A stretch of DNA of 64,000 nucleotides from an uncultured delta proteobacterium. GTDB taxonomy: Bacteria > Desulfobacterota > Desulfobacteria > Desulfobacterales > UBA11574. The notes below the pieces were generated by a model that saw nothing but the letters and a program-made list of their open reading frames with translations, did not search any database and had not been told where the DNA came from. The number at the start of each line of letters is the position of its first letter. The stretch's first letter is position 1. The stretch covers positions 17,903-81,902 of the forward strand of contig CAVZUV010000003.1 of assembly GCA_963778575.1 (NCBI GenBank), given 5' to 3'. Shown one piece after another: positions 38,755 to 49,498 of the stretch. Both the position numbers and the translations under genes were made by a program.

Positions 38755-39963
38755 GGGAGGGTTTCGAAGATGGGTAAGGAAAAATTTGAGCGGACCAAGC
38801 CGCATGTAAACGTGGGTACGATCGGTCATATCGATCACGGGAAGACGACATTGACGGCGGCGATTACGAAGCATATGGGCCTGAAGGGGATGGCGAGTTA
38901 TGTACCGTTTGATCAGATCGACAAGGCGCCGGAGGAGAAGGAGCGGGGGATAACCATAGCGACGGCGCATGTTGAGTATGAGACGGCGAATCGTCATTAT
39001 GCGCATGTGGATTGTCCGGGTCATGCGGATTACATCAAGAACATGATTACGGGAGCGGCCCAGATGGACGGGGCGATATTGGTGGTTGGCGCCGACGACG
39101 GTCCGATGCCCCAGACGCGGGAACACATATTGTTGGCGCGTCAGGTGGGGGTTCCTCAGATTGTAGTATTTTTAAACAAGTGTGACATGGTGGATGATGA
39201 AGAGCTGATAGAGCTTGTTGAGTTGGAGCTTCGGGAATTATTGGACAAGTATGAGTTTCCGGGGGATGACACGCCGATCATTCGTGGGAGTGCGTTAAAG
39301 GCGCTTGAGAGTGATGATGCGGACAGTGCGGAAGCGAAGTGTATATTTGAGTTATTGGAAGCGGTGGACACGTTTATACCGGAGCCCCAGCGGGATATCG
39401 ACAAGCCGTTTTTGATGCCGATAGAGGATGTATTCAGCATATCGGGACGAGGGACGGTGGTAACGGGTCGCGTTGATCGCGGGGTTATTCATGTCGGAGA
39501 TGAGATAGAGGTAGTAGGGATACGTCCGACGATGAAGACGGTGTGTACCGGGGTAGAGATGTTCAGGAAGCTTTTGGATGAAGGGCGAGCGGGAGACAAC
39601 ATCGGGGTATTGATGCGCGGGACGAAGCGAGACGAAGTTGAGCGTGGTCAGGTGGTGGCGCAGCCGAAGACGATAGAGCCGCACACGAAGTTCAAGGCGG
39701 AGGTATACATATTGAGCAAGGAAGAGGGAGGCCGTCACACGCCGTTTTTCAACGGGTATCGGCCGCAGTTTTATTTTCGGACGACGGATGTTACGGGGAA
39801 TTTAACATTACCGGAAGGGGTAGAGATGGTGATGCCCGGTGACAATATAACGATTACGGCAGAGTTGATAACGCCCATAGCGATGGAGAAGGAATTGCGG
39901 TTTGCCATCCGGGAAGGCGGCCGGACAGTGGGCGCCGGCGTGGTGAGCGATATTTTAGCGTAA
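38755..39963 (+). repeat. 1209-bp direct repeat, copy 2 (tuf plus RBS)
   Basis: Identical to 23907..25115 (see copy 1). Confidence 0.9.
38770..39963 (+). CDS. tuf: Elongation factor Tu (str-operon copy)
   Basis: The protein is 100 percent identical to the copy at 23922..25115. Confidence 0.97.
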   Translation: MGKEKFERTKPHVNVGTIGHIDHGKTTLTAAITKHMGLKGMASYVPFDQIDKAPEEKERGITIATAHVEYETANRHYAHVDCPGHADYIKNMITGAAQMDGAILVVGADDGPMPQTREHILLARQVGVPQIVVFLNKCDMVDDEELIELVELELRELLDKYEFPGDDTPIIRGSALKALESDDADSAEAKCIFELLEAVDTFIPEPQRDIDKPFLMPIEDVFSISGRGTVVTGRVDRGVIHVGDEIEVVGIRPTMKTVCTGVEMFRKLLDEGRAGDNIGVLMRGTKRDEVERGQVVAQPKTIEPHTKFKAEVYILSKEEGGRHTPFFNGYRPQFYFRTTDVTGNLTLPEGVEMVMPGDNITITAELITPIAMEKELRFAIREGGRTVGAGVVSDILA

Positions 39964-39984
39964 AGAGAAATTAAAATAATGATA

Positions 39985-40290
39985 ATGAATACCAAAATCA
40001 GAATCAGGCTCAAGGCATACGACCATAAACTGCTGGATCAATCTGTGGGAGATATTGTCGATACGGCCAATAAGACCGGAGCGAAAGTGGTCGGACCGAT
40101 ACCGCTTCCGACGCGAATCAACAAGTACTGTGTTTTACGATCCCCTCATGTGGACAAAAAATCTCGTGAACAATTTGAGATTAGAACCCATAAGCGGCTT
40201 CTGGATATTTTAGAACCGACCCAGCAAACTGTTGATGCCTTAATGAAATTGGATCTTTCTCCTGGCGTTGATGTGGAGATAAAACTGTAG
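39985..40290 (+). CDS. rpsJ: 30S ribosomal protein S10
   Basis: [20 protein letters not shown]. Alternative start at 39979. Confidence 0.95.
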   Translation: MNTKIRIRLKAYDHKLLDQSVGDIVDTANKTGAKVVGPIPLPTRINKYCVLRSPHVDKKSREQFEIRTHKRLLDILEPTQQTVDALMKLDLSPGVDVEIKL

Positions 40291-40340
40291 CATTTTACAC
40301 GGTCGTTTCATAAGAGCGATAAAGGGATGAAATAGTCGTA

Positions 40341-40976
40341 ATGTGTAAAGGATTGATAGGAAAAAAATTGGGAATGACAGGCCTATTCACCGCCGATGGT
40401 GAATCGGTGCCAGTGACTGCCGTACAGGTCGGACCTTGTGTGGTAACTCAGGTCAAAACAATTGATACCGATGGGTATAATGCACTTCAACTTGGGTTCG
40501 GCGAGAAAAAGGAATCTCGTGTGAACAAGCCATTGAAAGGGCATTTCAAAAAGAGCGGAGAAGTTTGTTTTGCCTTTTTGCGTGAGGTTCATGTGAATGA
40601 CCCGGGTGAATATGAGATCGGTCAGACCATCAGCCTGGATCTTTTCGATATCGGCGAGCGTATCGATGTTACCGCGACTACCAAAGGAAAAGGTTTTTCA
40701 GGCGTCATAAAACGGCATGGATTTCATGGCGGCAAGAAAACCCATGGCAGCCACAGTCATAGAATACCCGGGTCCATCGGCTGTAGTGCATGGCCTTCAA
40801 AAGTGATCAAGGGAAAAAAATTACCGGGTCAATATGGGAATCAACGGAAAACGATTCGAAATCTGGAAATCGTAGACATCAGACCCCAAGATAATATTGT
40901 TTTAATAAAAGGCGCGGTTCCGGGTTCAAAAAACGGCTTTGTTGAAATCAAGAAACCCAAAATTGCGAAGAATTAA
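40341..40976 (+). CDS. rplC: 50S ribosomal protein L3
   Basis: GLIGKKLGMTGLF and the S10 operon order. Confidence 0.95.
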   Translation: MCKGLIGKKLGMTGLFTADGESVPVTAVQVGPCVVTQVKTIDTDGYNALQLGFGEKKESRVNKPLKGHFKKSGEVCFAFLREVHVNDPGEYEIGQTISLDLFDIGERIDVTATTKGKGFSGVIKRHGFHGGKKTHGSHSHRIPGSIGCSAWPSKVIKGKKLPGQYGNQRKTIRNLEIVDIRPQDNIVLIKGAVPGSKNGFVEIKKPKIAKN

Positions 40977-41050
40977 TTCAATTGATTATCCTGATACGAA
41001 GATATCAACGTCATTTAAAAAACTTAAAACACTCTTGAGATATAAATACC

Positions 41051-41671
41051 ATGGCTGTCGTAGATATTTACAATTGTAAAGCGGAAAAAGTCTCACAGAT
41101 CGAACTCGAAGACGACATTTTTAATGTAGCCGTTAAGCCTAATGTTTTGCATGAAGTCGTCACCATGCAGCTTGCGAACAGACGGGCGGGTTCCGCCTCC
41201 GTCAAACACCGCAGTGATGTTAAAGGAAGCCGAAGGAAGCTTTTCAGACAGAAGGGTACCGGCAGAGCACGGCGCGGCGACATTAAATCGCCTCTTTTAC
41301 GGGGAGGGGGTTCTGTGTTTGGACCTGATCCCAGATCCTATTCTTACAAGGTTCCCAAAAAGGTAAAAAAGTTGGCGCTCAAGATGGCATTGAGCAGCAA
41401 ATTAAAAGAAGATAATATTATTGTACTCGACAAATTTGAACTCGACAAGATTAAGACCAAAGAATTCCTTTCGGTGATGGGCGTGTTGAACACAAAAAAT
41501 GCGTTGATTATTACCGAAAAAGAGAATAAGAATCTCGAGTTATCTTCCAGGAATATTCCCAATGTGAAAGTATTAAAAGTGGAAGGAATGAATGTCCATG
41601 ACATTTTAAAATACAAGAGATTGGTTTTACTTGAAGCTTCGATAGAGCCCATTAAAGGGAGACTGCTTTGA
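41051..41671 (+). CDS. rplD: 50S ribosomal protein L4
   Basis: 206 aa, [11 protein letters not shown] motif. Confidence 0.95.
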   Translation: MAVVDIYNCKAEKVSQIELEDDIFNVAVKPNVLHEVVTMQLANRRAGSASVKHRSDVKGSRRKLFRQKGTGRARRGDIKSPLLRGGGSVFGPDPRSYSYKVPKKVKKLALKMALSSKLKEDNIIVLDKFELDKIKTKEFLSVMGVLNTKNALIITEKENKNLELSSRNIPNVKVLKVEGMNVHDILKYKRLVLLEASIEPIKGRLL

Positions 41672-41958
41672 TGATTTCCTATGATTTAATTAAACGACCT
41701 GTGATCACGGAAAAGACGAATATTCAAAAAGAGAGTTATAATCAAATTACTTTCGAAATAGATCGTAATGTGAACAGGGTTGAAATTAAGAAGGCCGTAG
41801 AGGATATTTTTAATGTCAGAGTGGCCGCCGTCAGGACCATGCAAGTCAAGGGGAAGACCAAACAAAGAGGCCGCATTTTAGGGAAACGGAGAGATTGGAA
41901 GAAAGCAATCGTTAAATTGATGCCCGGCGAACGCATCGATTTTTTTGAAGGCGCATAA
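41668..41958 (+). CDS. rplW: 50S ribosomal protein L23
   Basis: 96 aa, 4-nt overlap with rplD, conserved L23 sequence. Confidence 0.95.
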   Translation: MMISYDLIKRPVITEKTNIQKESYNQITFEIDRNVNRVEIKKAVEDIFNVRVAAVRTMQVKGKTKQRGRILGKRRDWKKAIVKLMPGERIDFFEGA

Positions 41959-41969
41959 AGGGGTAACGT

Positions 41970-42797
41970 ATGGTTGTAAAAAAAGTAAAACCCACATCCG
42001 CTGGAAGACGCGCTCAGTCATACTCAACATTCGATGAATTGACAAGCGTCACTCCTGAAAAAAGACTCCTCAAGGTTATCAAGAAAACCGGTGGTCGTAA
42101 TACTTATGGCCGCATTACATCCAGACACCGAGGCGGCGGTCAGAAGCGGCATTATCGAGTGATCGATTTTAAAAGAGATAAAATCGGGATTCCTGCCAAA
42201 GTGGCGGCTATTGAGTATGACCCCAATCGATCTGCACGAATTGCGCTTTTAAATTATACCGATGGCGAGAAACGGTATATACTGGCGCCGGTTAATCTCC
42301 GCGTCGGCGACACCGTAGTTTCAGGACCGGAAGCGGACATCAAACCCGGCAATACATTGCCCTTGAGTAATATTCCACTGGGAACGCATATTCATAACAT
42401 TGAGCTGCGTCTCGGTAAGGGCGGGCAGATCGTAAGAAGTGCGGGAACATTTGCGCAGTTGATGGCAAAAGAAGACCGATATGCACTTATAAAGCTTCCA
42501 TCCGGTGAAGTTCGAATGGTTCTGCTCAAATGCATGGCTACGGTCGGGCAGATCGGAAACGTGATTCATGAAAACATATCCTTGGGAAAAGCCGGACGCA
42601 AGAGATGGCTCGGCAGACGGCCCAAAGTGAGAGGGGTCGCTATGAACCCCGTCGACCATCCTATGGGCGGTGGCGAGGGAAAATCTTCCGGCGGCCGTCA
42701 TCCATGCAGCCCCTGGGGGATGCCGACAAAAGGTTTTAAAACGCGAAATAAGAGAAAAAGTAATCGGTATATTGTTAAAAAGCGTTCTAAAAAATAG
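41970..42797 (+). CDS. rplB: 50S ribosomal protein L2
   Basis: [17 protein letters not shown]. Confidence 0.98.
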   Translation: MVVKKVKPTSAGRRAQSYSTFDELTSVTPEKRLLKVIKKTGGRNTYGRITSRHRGGGQKRHYRVIDFKRDKIGIPAKVAAIEYDPNRSARIALLNYTDGEKRYILAPVNLRVGDTVVSGPEADIKPGNTLPLSNIPLGTHIHNIELRLGKGGQIVRSAGTFAQLMAKEDRYALIKLPSGEVRMVLLKCMATVGQIGNVIHENISLGKAGRKRWLGRRPKVRGVAMNPVDHPMGGGEGKSSGGRHPCSPWGMPTKGFKTRNKRKSNRYIVKKRSKK

Positions 42798-42808
42798 CAG
42801 GAGAGGTT

Positions 42809-43090
42809 ATGCCACGATCGTTGAAAAAAGGTCCGTTTATCGACCAAACACTGTTGAAGAAAGTGTTGATAGCCCAAGAGACTCGAAGTAACCGGGTGGT
42901 CAAGACATGGTCAAGAAGATCGACAATTATTCCTGAGATGGTCGGTATTACGCTGGCGGTTCATAATGGAAGAAAGTTCGTTCCGGTATTTATAACAGAA
43001 GATATGGTAGGGCATAAACTGGGAGAATTCTCCCCGACGCGGACCTATTACGGTCATGCATCCGACAAAAAATCAAGGGTAAAACGTTAA
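42809..43090 (+). CDS. rpsS: 30S ribosomal protein S19
   Basis: [12 protein letters not shown]...HNGRKFVPV...GHKLGEF. Confidence 0.97.
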   Translation: MPRSLKKGPFIDQTLLKKVLIAQETRSNRVVKTWSRRSTIIPEMVGITLAVHNGRKFVPVFITEDMVGHKLGEFSPTRTYYGHASDKKSRVKR

Positions 43091-43119
43091 AAAAACCGGC
43101 AGAAAAGGAAATGTTTGTG

Positions 43120-43452
43120 ATGGAAGTTAGAGCCGTAGCAAAATATGTGCGTATTTCTCCTCAGAAAGTTCGAAAATTGATTGATGCCGTCAAAGGAAAG
43201 CCGGTAGAAGATGGCCTCAATCAACTTAAATTCATGCCGCAAAAAGCAGCGTCGATTGTTGAAAAAACAATCCGAAGTGCGGTAGCAAATGCTGATCAGC
43301 TTCCGGACATGGATGTCGATTCGCTGGTTATTCAAAACATTACGGCGGACCAGGGACCTACCTTGAAACGTTTCAGAGCGAGAGCACGCGGCCGGGGCAC
43401 ACGAATTCTAAAAAGGACTTCTCATATAACGGTAATTTTATCTGAAGGATAG
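43120..43452 (+). CDS. rplV: 50S ribosomal protein L22
   Basis: [23 protein letters not shown] lies 9 nt upstream. The ORF track starts at 43111. Confidence 0.93.
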   Translation: MEVRAVAKYVRISPQKVRKLIDAVKGKPVEDGLNQLKFMPQKAASIVEKTIRSAVANADQLPDMDVDSLVIQNITADQGPTLKRFRARARGRGTRILKRTSHITVILSEG

Positions 43453-43476
43453 ATATTTTTAAAGGGAGGTAACAGC

Positions 43477-44127
43477 TTGGGGCAGAAAGTTAATCCTATT
43501 GGTTTGAGATTGGGTATTGTTAAAACCTGGGAATCTCGGTGGTACGCCGGAAAGAATTATGCCGATTATATCTTGGAAGATTATAATATCAGAAAGTTTC
43601 TTAAAAAGAGACTATTCCATGCAGGTATTTCCAGAGTCGAAATCGAAAGATCGTCAAAGCGCGCCAGGCTTCGTATTTTTACATCCAGACCCGGGATCGT
43701 CATTGGGAAAAAGGGTGCTGAAATCGCCTTGCTCAAGAAAGAGCTTGAAAAAATCGTTTCTCATGAAGTGATTATTGATATTCAAGAGGTCAGAAAACCC
43801 GAGCTGGACGCACAGCTTGTTGCCGAAAATGTGGCGCTGCAGATCGAACGGAGGGTTGCATTCAGACGTGCCATGAAGCGCGGCATTTCATCTGCGATGC
43901 GTTTTGGCGCCGAAGGCATAAAAATTATTTGTTCGGGCCGGCTGGGCGGGGCTGAGATGGCAAGGACCGAACAATACAGGGAGGGTCGAATACCGCTGCA
44001 TACTTTAAGAGCGGATATTGACTATGGTTTCATCGAAGCTCGTACAACATACGGCATAATCGGTGTAAAGGTATTTATATTTAAAGGTGAGATACTAAAA
44101 AAAGATAACGTTGTGGCTGGCGTCTGA
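43477..44127 (+). CDS. rpsC: 30S ribosomal protein S3
   Basis: [13 protein letters not shown]..., TTG start. Confidence 0.97.
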   Translation: MGQKVNPIGLRLGIVKTWESRWYAGKNYADYILEDYNIRKFLKKRLFHAGISRVEIERSSKRARLRIFTSRPGIVIGKKGAEIALLKKELEKIVSHEVIIDIQEVRKPELDAQLVAENVALQIERRVAFRRAMKRGISSAMRFGAEGIKIICSGRLGGAEMARTEQYREGRIPLHTLRADIDYGFIEARTTYGIIGVKVFIFKGEILKKDNVVAGV

Positions 44128-44216
44128 GTCCACACGACGATTGAAAAGACTTTTTAACCATCTGTTAGTTTTTGGTGCTTACCAATACCGCGTTGCCGTA
44201 ATGGAGATTATGGAAG

Positions 44217-44633
44217 ATGTTGAGTCCAAAGAAGGTCAAATTTCGAAAGCAGCAAAAAGGTAAAATGCGGGGAATCTCATATCGAGGATCTCATCTCGAT
44301 CATGGTGAGTTTGGATTGCAGGCCGTCGGGTGCGGGGCTATCAGTGCAAAGCAAATTGAGGCAGCCCGTGTTGCAATGACGCGACACGTCAAAAGAGGCG
44401 GAAAGATTTGGATTAAGATATTTCCGGATAAACCGTTTACGAAAAAACCCGCTGAAGTTAGAATGGGGAAAGGCAAAGGATCCCCTGAAGGTTGGGTGGC
44501 CGTCGTACGTCCCGGGAGAGTCCTCTATGAAATGGAAGGTGTTCCCAAAAGCGTTGCTAAAGAAGCACTACGTCTTGCTTCGCATAAGCTTTCCGTTAAG
44601 ACAAGATTCATTGAGAGGGGTGATTCGAAATGA
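44217..44633 (+). CDS. rplP: 50S ribosomal protein L16
   Basis: [15 protein letters not shown]...RMGKGKG. Confidence 0.97.
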   Translation: MLSPKKVKFRKQQKGKMRGISYRGSHLDHGEFGLQAVGCGAISAKQIEAARVAMTRHVKRGGKIWIKIFPDKPFTKKPAEVRMGKGKGSPEGWVAVVRPGRVLYEMEGVPKSVAKEALRLASHKLSVKTRFIERGDSK

Positions 44634-44839
44634 AAGTGAGCGAGATCAGAGATATGAGCATGGAGGAAATGCTTAGAAAGCTGGGTGATTTAAAAGAGGA
44701 ATTCTTTAACCTGCGTTTTCAGCATGAAACCGGTCAGCTCGAAAACCCTCAAAAAATGAAGCAGACAAAACGTGACATCGCCAAGGTTAAAACCATTATA
44801 AAAGAATCTCAACTCAATAAAGCTGCAGGTCAAGAATAA
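44630..44839 (+). CDS. rpmC: 50S ribosomal protein L29
   Basis: 69 aa, overlaps the rplP stop, LRFQ motif. Confidence 0.93.
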   Translation: MKVSEIRDMSMEEMLRKLGDLKEEFFNLRFQHETGQLENPQKMKQTKRDIAKVKTIIKESQLNKAAGQE

Positions 44840-44847
44840 ATATTGCG

Positions 44848-45105
44848 ATGGAAAATAAAATACAAAAAAGACAAATGGTCGGGACTGTTGTCAGTGATAA
44901 GATGGACAAAACAGTAGTGGTGCTGGTTGAACGTCTGGTTCAGCACAAACTTTATAAAAAGTATATCAAAAGGCGTGCGAAGTTTGCCGCTCATGATGAA
45001 AACAATGCGTCTCATGTCGGGGATAAAGTACTGATTTCCCAGTCAAGACCGTTGAGCAAAACCAAAAGGTGGCGAGTCAGCCAAATCATCGAAAAAGCCA
45101 TTTGA
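44848..45105 (+). CDS. rpsQ: 30S ribosomal protein S17
   Basis: [14 protein letters not shown]...AHDENN...GDKV. Confidence 0.95.
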   Translation: MENKIQKRQMVGTVVSDKMDKTVVVLVERLVQHKLYKKYIKRRAKFAAHDENNASHVGDKVLISQSRPLSKTKRWRVSQIIEKAI

Positions 45106-45208
45106 AGCTTGGGTTTTTCACGGATATAAAACAAGTCATCGATTAATAATTAAAATACTAAGAATTCGGACTCTTGAGGATTCATCGTCATATAAGGAAA
45201 CTGAAAAG

Positions 45209-45577
45209 ATGATTCAGGCGGAAACGAAATTGACTGTTGCAGATAATTCAGGCGCCAAGATTTTATACTGCATAAAAGTTCTTGGCGGTTCACGCAGAAG
45301 GTATGCAAGTGTCGGAGATATCATCGTTGTATCTGTCAAAGAAGCCATACCGAACACGAAGGTCAAAAAAGGGGATGTTCTGAAGGCTGTTGTTGTTCGA
45401 ACCAAAAAAGAAATACGAAGACCGGATGGATCATATATAAGATTTGATGATAATTCGGCTGTTTTAATTACCCAAAACAGAGAACCCATCGGTACTCGCA
45501 TATTTGGGCCGGTCGCAAGGGAACTCAGAGCCAAGAAGTTTATGAAAATTATATCACTGGCGCCGGAAGTATTGTAA
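45209..45577 (+). CDS. rplN: 50S ribosomal protein L14
   Basis: [17 protein letters not shown]. Confidence 0.98.
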   Translation: MIQAETKLTVADNSGAKILYCIKVLGGSRRRYASVGDIIVVSVKEAIPNTKVKKGDVLKAVVVRTKKEIRRPDGSYIRFDDNSAVLITQNREPIGTRIFGPVARELRAKKFMKIISLAPEVL

Positions 45578-45603
45578 TTAGCGATTCTGTGGAGACTAAA
45601 TTC

Positions 45604-45933
45604 ATGATTAAGAATAAGTGCCATTTAAAAAAAGACGATAAAGTCAAGATTGTTGCCGGGAAAGATAAAGGGAAGATCGGCAAAATTCTAAGTATAAAAA
45701 GAAAGAACAGCCGGGTTGTTGTAGAAAATATTAATATGATGAAAAAACATGCTCGGCCCAGTTCAAAGCATAGACAGGGCGGAATCATTGAAAGTGAAGC
45801 GCCGATCCATTGGTCCAACCTCATGTTGATGTGCAGTAAATGCGTTAAACCCGTGCGGATAAAAATGAATCGTTTAGAGGACGGTAAAAAGATACGTGTC
45901 TGCCGGAAATGCAACGAGATCATAGATGCTTAA
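45604..45933 (+). CDS. rplX: 50S ribosomal protein L24 (with C-terminal CxxC...CxxC)
   Basis: KOW motif KKDDKVKIVAGKDKGKIGKI. GGAGA lies 9 nt upstream of ATG 45604. Confidence 0.93.
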   Translation: MIKNKCHLKKDDKVKIVAGKDKGKIGKILSIKRKNSRVVVENINMMKKHARPSSKHRQGGIIESEAPIHWSNLMLMCSKCVKPVRIKMNRLEDGKKIRVCRKCNEIIDA

Positions 45934-45955
45934 GATCGTATGCCGGAGGGATTGA

Positions 45956-46495
45956 ATGTCGGAATTACAATTGTACTATCATAAAGAAGTCGTCACCAAG
46001 CTTCTCGATACATTTAAATACAAGAGCATTATGCAAGTGCCGAAGCTCGAAAAGATTATTTTGAATATGGGACTCGGCGAAGCGATTCATAATATCAAAC
46101 TTTTGGATTCTGCTGTGGATGAACTTAAGATCATTGCCGGCCAGCAACCGGTCGTCACTCGCGCCAAAAAATCCATCGCCGCATTCAAGTTGAGGGAAGG
46201 GATGCCCATCGGTTGCAGGGTGACGCTGCGTCATAAACGCATGTATGATTTTTATTATAAGCTGGTGAATGTAGCGCTTCCGCGTGTCCGTGATTTTAGA
46301 GGTCTCTCGGGAAAAGCGTTCGATGGACACGGGAATTATACCCTTGGAATTAAAGAACATATTATTTTTCCTGAAATCGATTACGATAAGATTGACAAAA
46401 TCAAAGGCCTGAATATTTCCATCGTTACGACTGCAAGGACGGATGAAGAAGGGATAGAACTTCTGAGACTGCTGGGCATGCCATTCAGGAATTAA
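45956..46495 (+). CDS. rplE: 50S ribosomal protein L5
   Basis: 179 aa, conserved L5 sequence. Confidence 0.97.
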   Translation: MSELQLYYHKEVVTKLLDTFKYKSIMQVPKLEKIILNMGLGEAIHNIKLLDSAVDELKIIAGQQPVVTRAKKSIAAFKLREGMPIGCRVTLRHKRMYDFYYKLVNVALPRVRDFRGLSGKAFDGHGNYTLGIKEHIIFPEIDYDKIDKIKGLNISIVTTARTDEEGIELLRLLGMPFRN

Positions 46496-46509
46496 AGAGG
46501 GAGGAAAAT

Positions 46510-46695
46510 TTGGCAAAAACATCTCTTAGAATAAAAGCAAGCAAATCGCCAAAGTTCACAGTGAGAAAATACAATCGCTGCCCTATTTGCGGCAGGCCCA
46601 GAGCATTTTTAAGAAAGTTCGGAATTTGTCGCATTTGTTTCCGAAATCTGGCATCGGAAGGTAAACTTCCCGGCGTGGTGAAGTCAAGTTGGTAA
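46510..46695 (+). CDS. rpsN: 30S ribosomal protein S14, zinc-ribbon type Z
   Basis: 61 aa, [19 protein letters not shown] start. Confidence 0.93.
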   Translation: MAKTSLRIKASKSPKFTVRKYNRCPICGRPRAFLRKFGICRICFRNLASEGKLPGVVKSSW

Positions 46696-46800
46696 TCACG
46701 TGAAATATTGAGCTTGGATTAACTAATGTCATATCTATTTTTAAATTTATTGGAATTTTAATTTAAAGTCTTAACAATCGAAGAATGAACGGAGAAATCT

Positions 46801-47199
46801 ATGGCGATGAGCGATCCAATAGCGGACATGCTGACAAGAATAAGAAACGCCGGAAAGGCAAAATATACGAGTGTCGATATCCCGGGATCAAAGCTAAAAA
46901 TGGAATTGGCTCGGGTACTAAAAGACGAGGGTTTTATAAAAAATTACAAATTCATCAAGGATAAAAAACAAGGCATTTTGCGTGTGTATCTCAAATATGA
47001 CGGCGGAGAGAGACACGCTATATACGGCATCGAACGCGTCAGTAAACCCAGCAGACGCATTTATGCCGGGAGCAAGAATGTAAAGAAGGTTTTGAACGGT
47101 ATGGGTATTTCAATCTTGTCTACGTCGAAAGGGATAATGACGGATAAAAAGGCCAGGGCCGGAAATGTGGGAGGAGAAATTCTCTGCAATATATGGTAA
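46801..47199 (+). CDS. rpsH: 30S ribosomal protein S8
   Basis: MSDPIADMLTRIRNA. Confidence 0.97.
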   Translation: MAMSDPIADMLTRIRNAGKAKYTSVDIPGSKLKMELARVLKDEGFIKNYKFIKDKKQGILRVYLKYDGGERHAIYGIERVSKPSRRIYAGSKNVKKVLNGMGISILSTSKGIMTDKKARAGNVGGEILCNIW

Positions 47200-47338
47200 A
47201 TTCGGAAATTAATGTCTAAAAAAAATGTCATTTTCAGACAGAATTCGAATATCCCCCATAACGGGGCAGGCAAAATCCGATAACCGATAAGGGACACGAA
47301 TTAACGCGAATATGGGTCCTGATTAAAGGAAGCAATCA

Positions 47339-47884
47339 ATGTCAAGAGTAGGGAAAAAACCGATAACAATACCTGACAAGACGAAGATAACTTACAAGGA
47401 CGGACTAATTACCGTTCAGGGTGAGAGAGGTGTCCTTTCAAGACAGATTCACTCTGCTGTTGATTTAAAGATTCAAGATGGGACGATCAATGTGGTAGTT
47501 TTTAAGGACGACAGGAACAGTCGGGCTTTGCGCGGACTGACACGCAGCCTTGTTGCGAATATGGTTACGGGTGTCAGTAAAGGATTCGAAAGGGTCCTTG
47601 AAATAAACGGTATCGGGTATCGTGCTGCGATCAGCGGCAACACGATCGAATTTAATATTGGATATTCAAGTCCTGTCAAATTTGATCTTCCCAAGGAAAT
47701 TTCGGCATCCATTGACAAAAAAAACGTTATAAAATTAACCGGCATCGATAAAGAGTTGCTCGGGCACACGGCTGCGTCGATTCGAAGATTGAGACCGCCG
47801 GAAAGCTATAAAGGCAAGGGAATAAAGTATGCCGAAGAACGTATTCATCGCAAAGCCGGTAAAGCCGGAGCCAAAGCAGCATAA
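47339..47884 (+). CDS. rplF: 50S ribosomal protein L6
   Basis: [12 protein letters not shown]. Confidence 0.97.
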   Translation: MSRVGKKPITIPDKTKITYKDGLITVQGERGVLSRQIHSAVDLKIQDGTINVVVFKDDRNSRALRGLTRSLVANMVTGVSKGFERVLEINGIGYRAAISGNTIEFNIGYSSPVKFDLPKEISASIDKKNVIKLTGIDKELLGHTAASIRRLRPPESYKGKGIKYAEERIHRKAGKAGAKAA

Positions 47885-47895
47885 GGTTATATAAT

Positions 47896-48264
47896 ATGGG
47901 TTCATTGAATTTAAAAACAAAAGCGCGTTTGAAAAGAAAAAAGAGGATACGAAAACATCTGGCCGGGACACAGGAACGGCCGAGGCTGTGTGTTTTTCGA
48001 AGCTCAAAACATGTCTACGCCCAAGTCATTGATGATACGCATGGACAGACACTGGTCGCAGCTTCAAGCTTGGACAAAATTGTCAAAGAGCAACCAAAAT
48101 TTGAAAATAAGATTGCTGTTGCAAGCTTCGTCGGGAAACTGCTGGGCGAGAGGGCCGTTCAAAAGGGAATCAGCAGGGTGGTTTTTGACCGAAACGGGTT
48201 TTTGTATCATGGTCGAGTGAAAGCTGTTTCTAATGGCGCACGCGAAGCAGGACTGGATTTCTAA
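47896..48264 (+). CDS. rplR: 50S ribosomal protein L18
   Basis: [20 protein letters not shown]...[14 protein letters not shown]. Confidence 0.97.
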   Translation: MGSLNLKTKARLKRKKRIRKHLAGTQERPRLCVFRSSKHVYAQVIDDTHGQTLVAASSLDKIVKEQPKFENKIAVASFVGKLLGERAVQKGISRVVFDRNGFLYHGRVKAVSNGAREAGLDF

Positions 48265-48360
48265 CCATTTAAGCGATGGACATTCCAATGAATTCTCAAG
48301 AAATTAAGAAGTGTTTGACGACATCTGATTTGAATCGTTCATTGTAAAGGAGGCGGATTC

Positions 48361-48855
48361 TTGTACAAACAGGATCAAGGCGAAAATCAGTTAATTGATA
48401 AGGTTGTTCACATTAACCGGGTTGCCAAGGTTGTCAAAGGTGGTCGGAGATTCAGCTTCAGTGCGATCGTTGTGGTCGGCGACGGCCAGGGAAGTGTCGG
48501 TTACGGACTTGGAAAGGCCGGAGAAGTGCCCGAAGCGATTCGAAAAGGCATCGAAAAGGCTAAAAAGGATATGGTCAACATCCCCTTGGTCGACGAGACC
48601 ATACCTTATGCAGTGATCGGGAAATTCGGTGCCGGCCGTGTTCTCCTCAAACCGGCATCCAAAGGCACCGGTCTTATCGCGGGTGGGGCTGTTCGGGCGG
48701 TACTTGAAGCTGCAGGTGTCCAGAATATTCTAACAAAATGCATGGGCTCGCATAATCCTCATAACGTCGTTAAGGCCACTATAGAAGGCCTTACCCGGCT
48801 GCAGAGTCGCGAGCAGGTTGCCGCCAGACGAGATATAGAAGTAGAAAAGCTCTAA
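48361..48855 (+). CDS. rpsE: 30S ribosomal protein S5
   Basis: [19 protein letters not shown] start. Confidence 0.97.
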   Translation: MYKQDQGENQLIDKVVHINRVAKVVKGGRRFSFSAIVVVGDGQGSVGYGLGKAGEVPEAIRKGIEKAKKDMVNIPLVDETIPYAVIGKFGAGRVLLKPASKGTGLIAGGAVRAVLEAAGVQNILTKCMGSHNPHNVVKATIEGLTRLQSREQVAARRDIEVEKL

Positions 48856-48873
48856 AATGGTAAGGAATGATCA

Positions 48874-49056
48874 ATGAGTAAAATGTTGAAGATAACTCTG
48901 GTGAAAAGCATGATCGGAAGGCCCGAAAAGCACCGTAAAGTATTGCGAGGTATGGGGCTGACCAAACTTAACAGAACGGTTGAACTCAAGGATATGCCCT
49001 CTGTTCGAGGAATGGTCAAGACGGTGTCACACCTGGTGAAAGTCGAGGAAAAATAG
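48874..49056 (+). CDS. rpmD: 50S ribosomal protein L30
   Basis: 60 aa, KITLVKSMIGRPEKHR. Confidence 0.93.
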   Translation: MSKMLKITLVKSMIGRPEKHRKVLRGMGLTKLNRTVELKDMPSVRGMVKTVSHLVKVEEK

Positions 49057-49497
49057 ATGAAGCTGAATGAATTGTTACCGCCGGAAGGATCACGCAAAGC
49101 CCGAAAACGGGTGGGACGAGGTGTCGGGTCCGGACATGGTAAAACAGCCGGAAGGGGTTCAAAAGGTCATAACAGCCGCAGCGGCGGAGGCGTGAGACCC
49201 GGTTTTGAGGGCGGTCAGATGCCGCTTCAACGGCGCCTGCCCAAACGCGGTTTCACCAATATCTTTAAAAAGAAAATCGTCGTACTTAACATTCGGGACT
49301 TGGCGCGGTTTGAAAGCGGCAGCATCGTGGATGAGGCTGCGTTTGTTCGGATCGGTCTTGTAAAAGGCCGAAGGGACGGCATCAAAATTCTCGGCAAAGG
49401 CGAGATCACGGTTCCGCTTACAGTCAAGGTGAACGGCGCCAGTAAAAACGCCAGAGAAAAGATCCTTGCGGCCGGCGGAAATATAGAGGTTTATTGA
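49057..49497 (+). CDS. rplO: 50S ribosomal protein L15
   Basis: [18 protein letters not shown]. Confidence 0.97.
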   Translation: MKLNELLPPEGSRKARKRVGRGVGSGHGKTAGRGSKGHNSRSGGGVRPGFEGGQMPLQRRLPKRGFTNIFKKKIVVLNIRDLARFESGSIVDEAAFVRIGLVKGRRDGIKILGKGEITVPLTVKVNGASKNAREKILAAGGNIEVY

Positions 49498-49498
49498 T

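Noticed and set aside
45965-46522. 185-aa minus-strand ORF
   Set aside because: It is an exact antisense shadow of rplE.
47212-47283. 23-codon ORF (MSKKNVIFRQNSNIPHNGAGKIR) in the rpsH-rplF spacer
   Set aside because: It has no convincing Shine-Dalgarno sequence or recognisable family. It is short enough to occur by chance.
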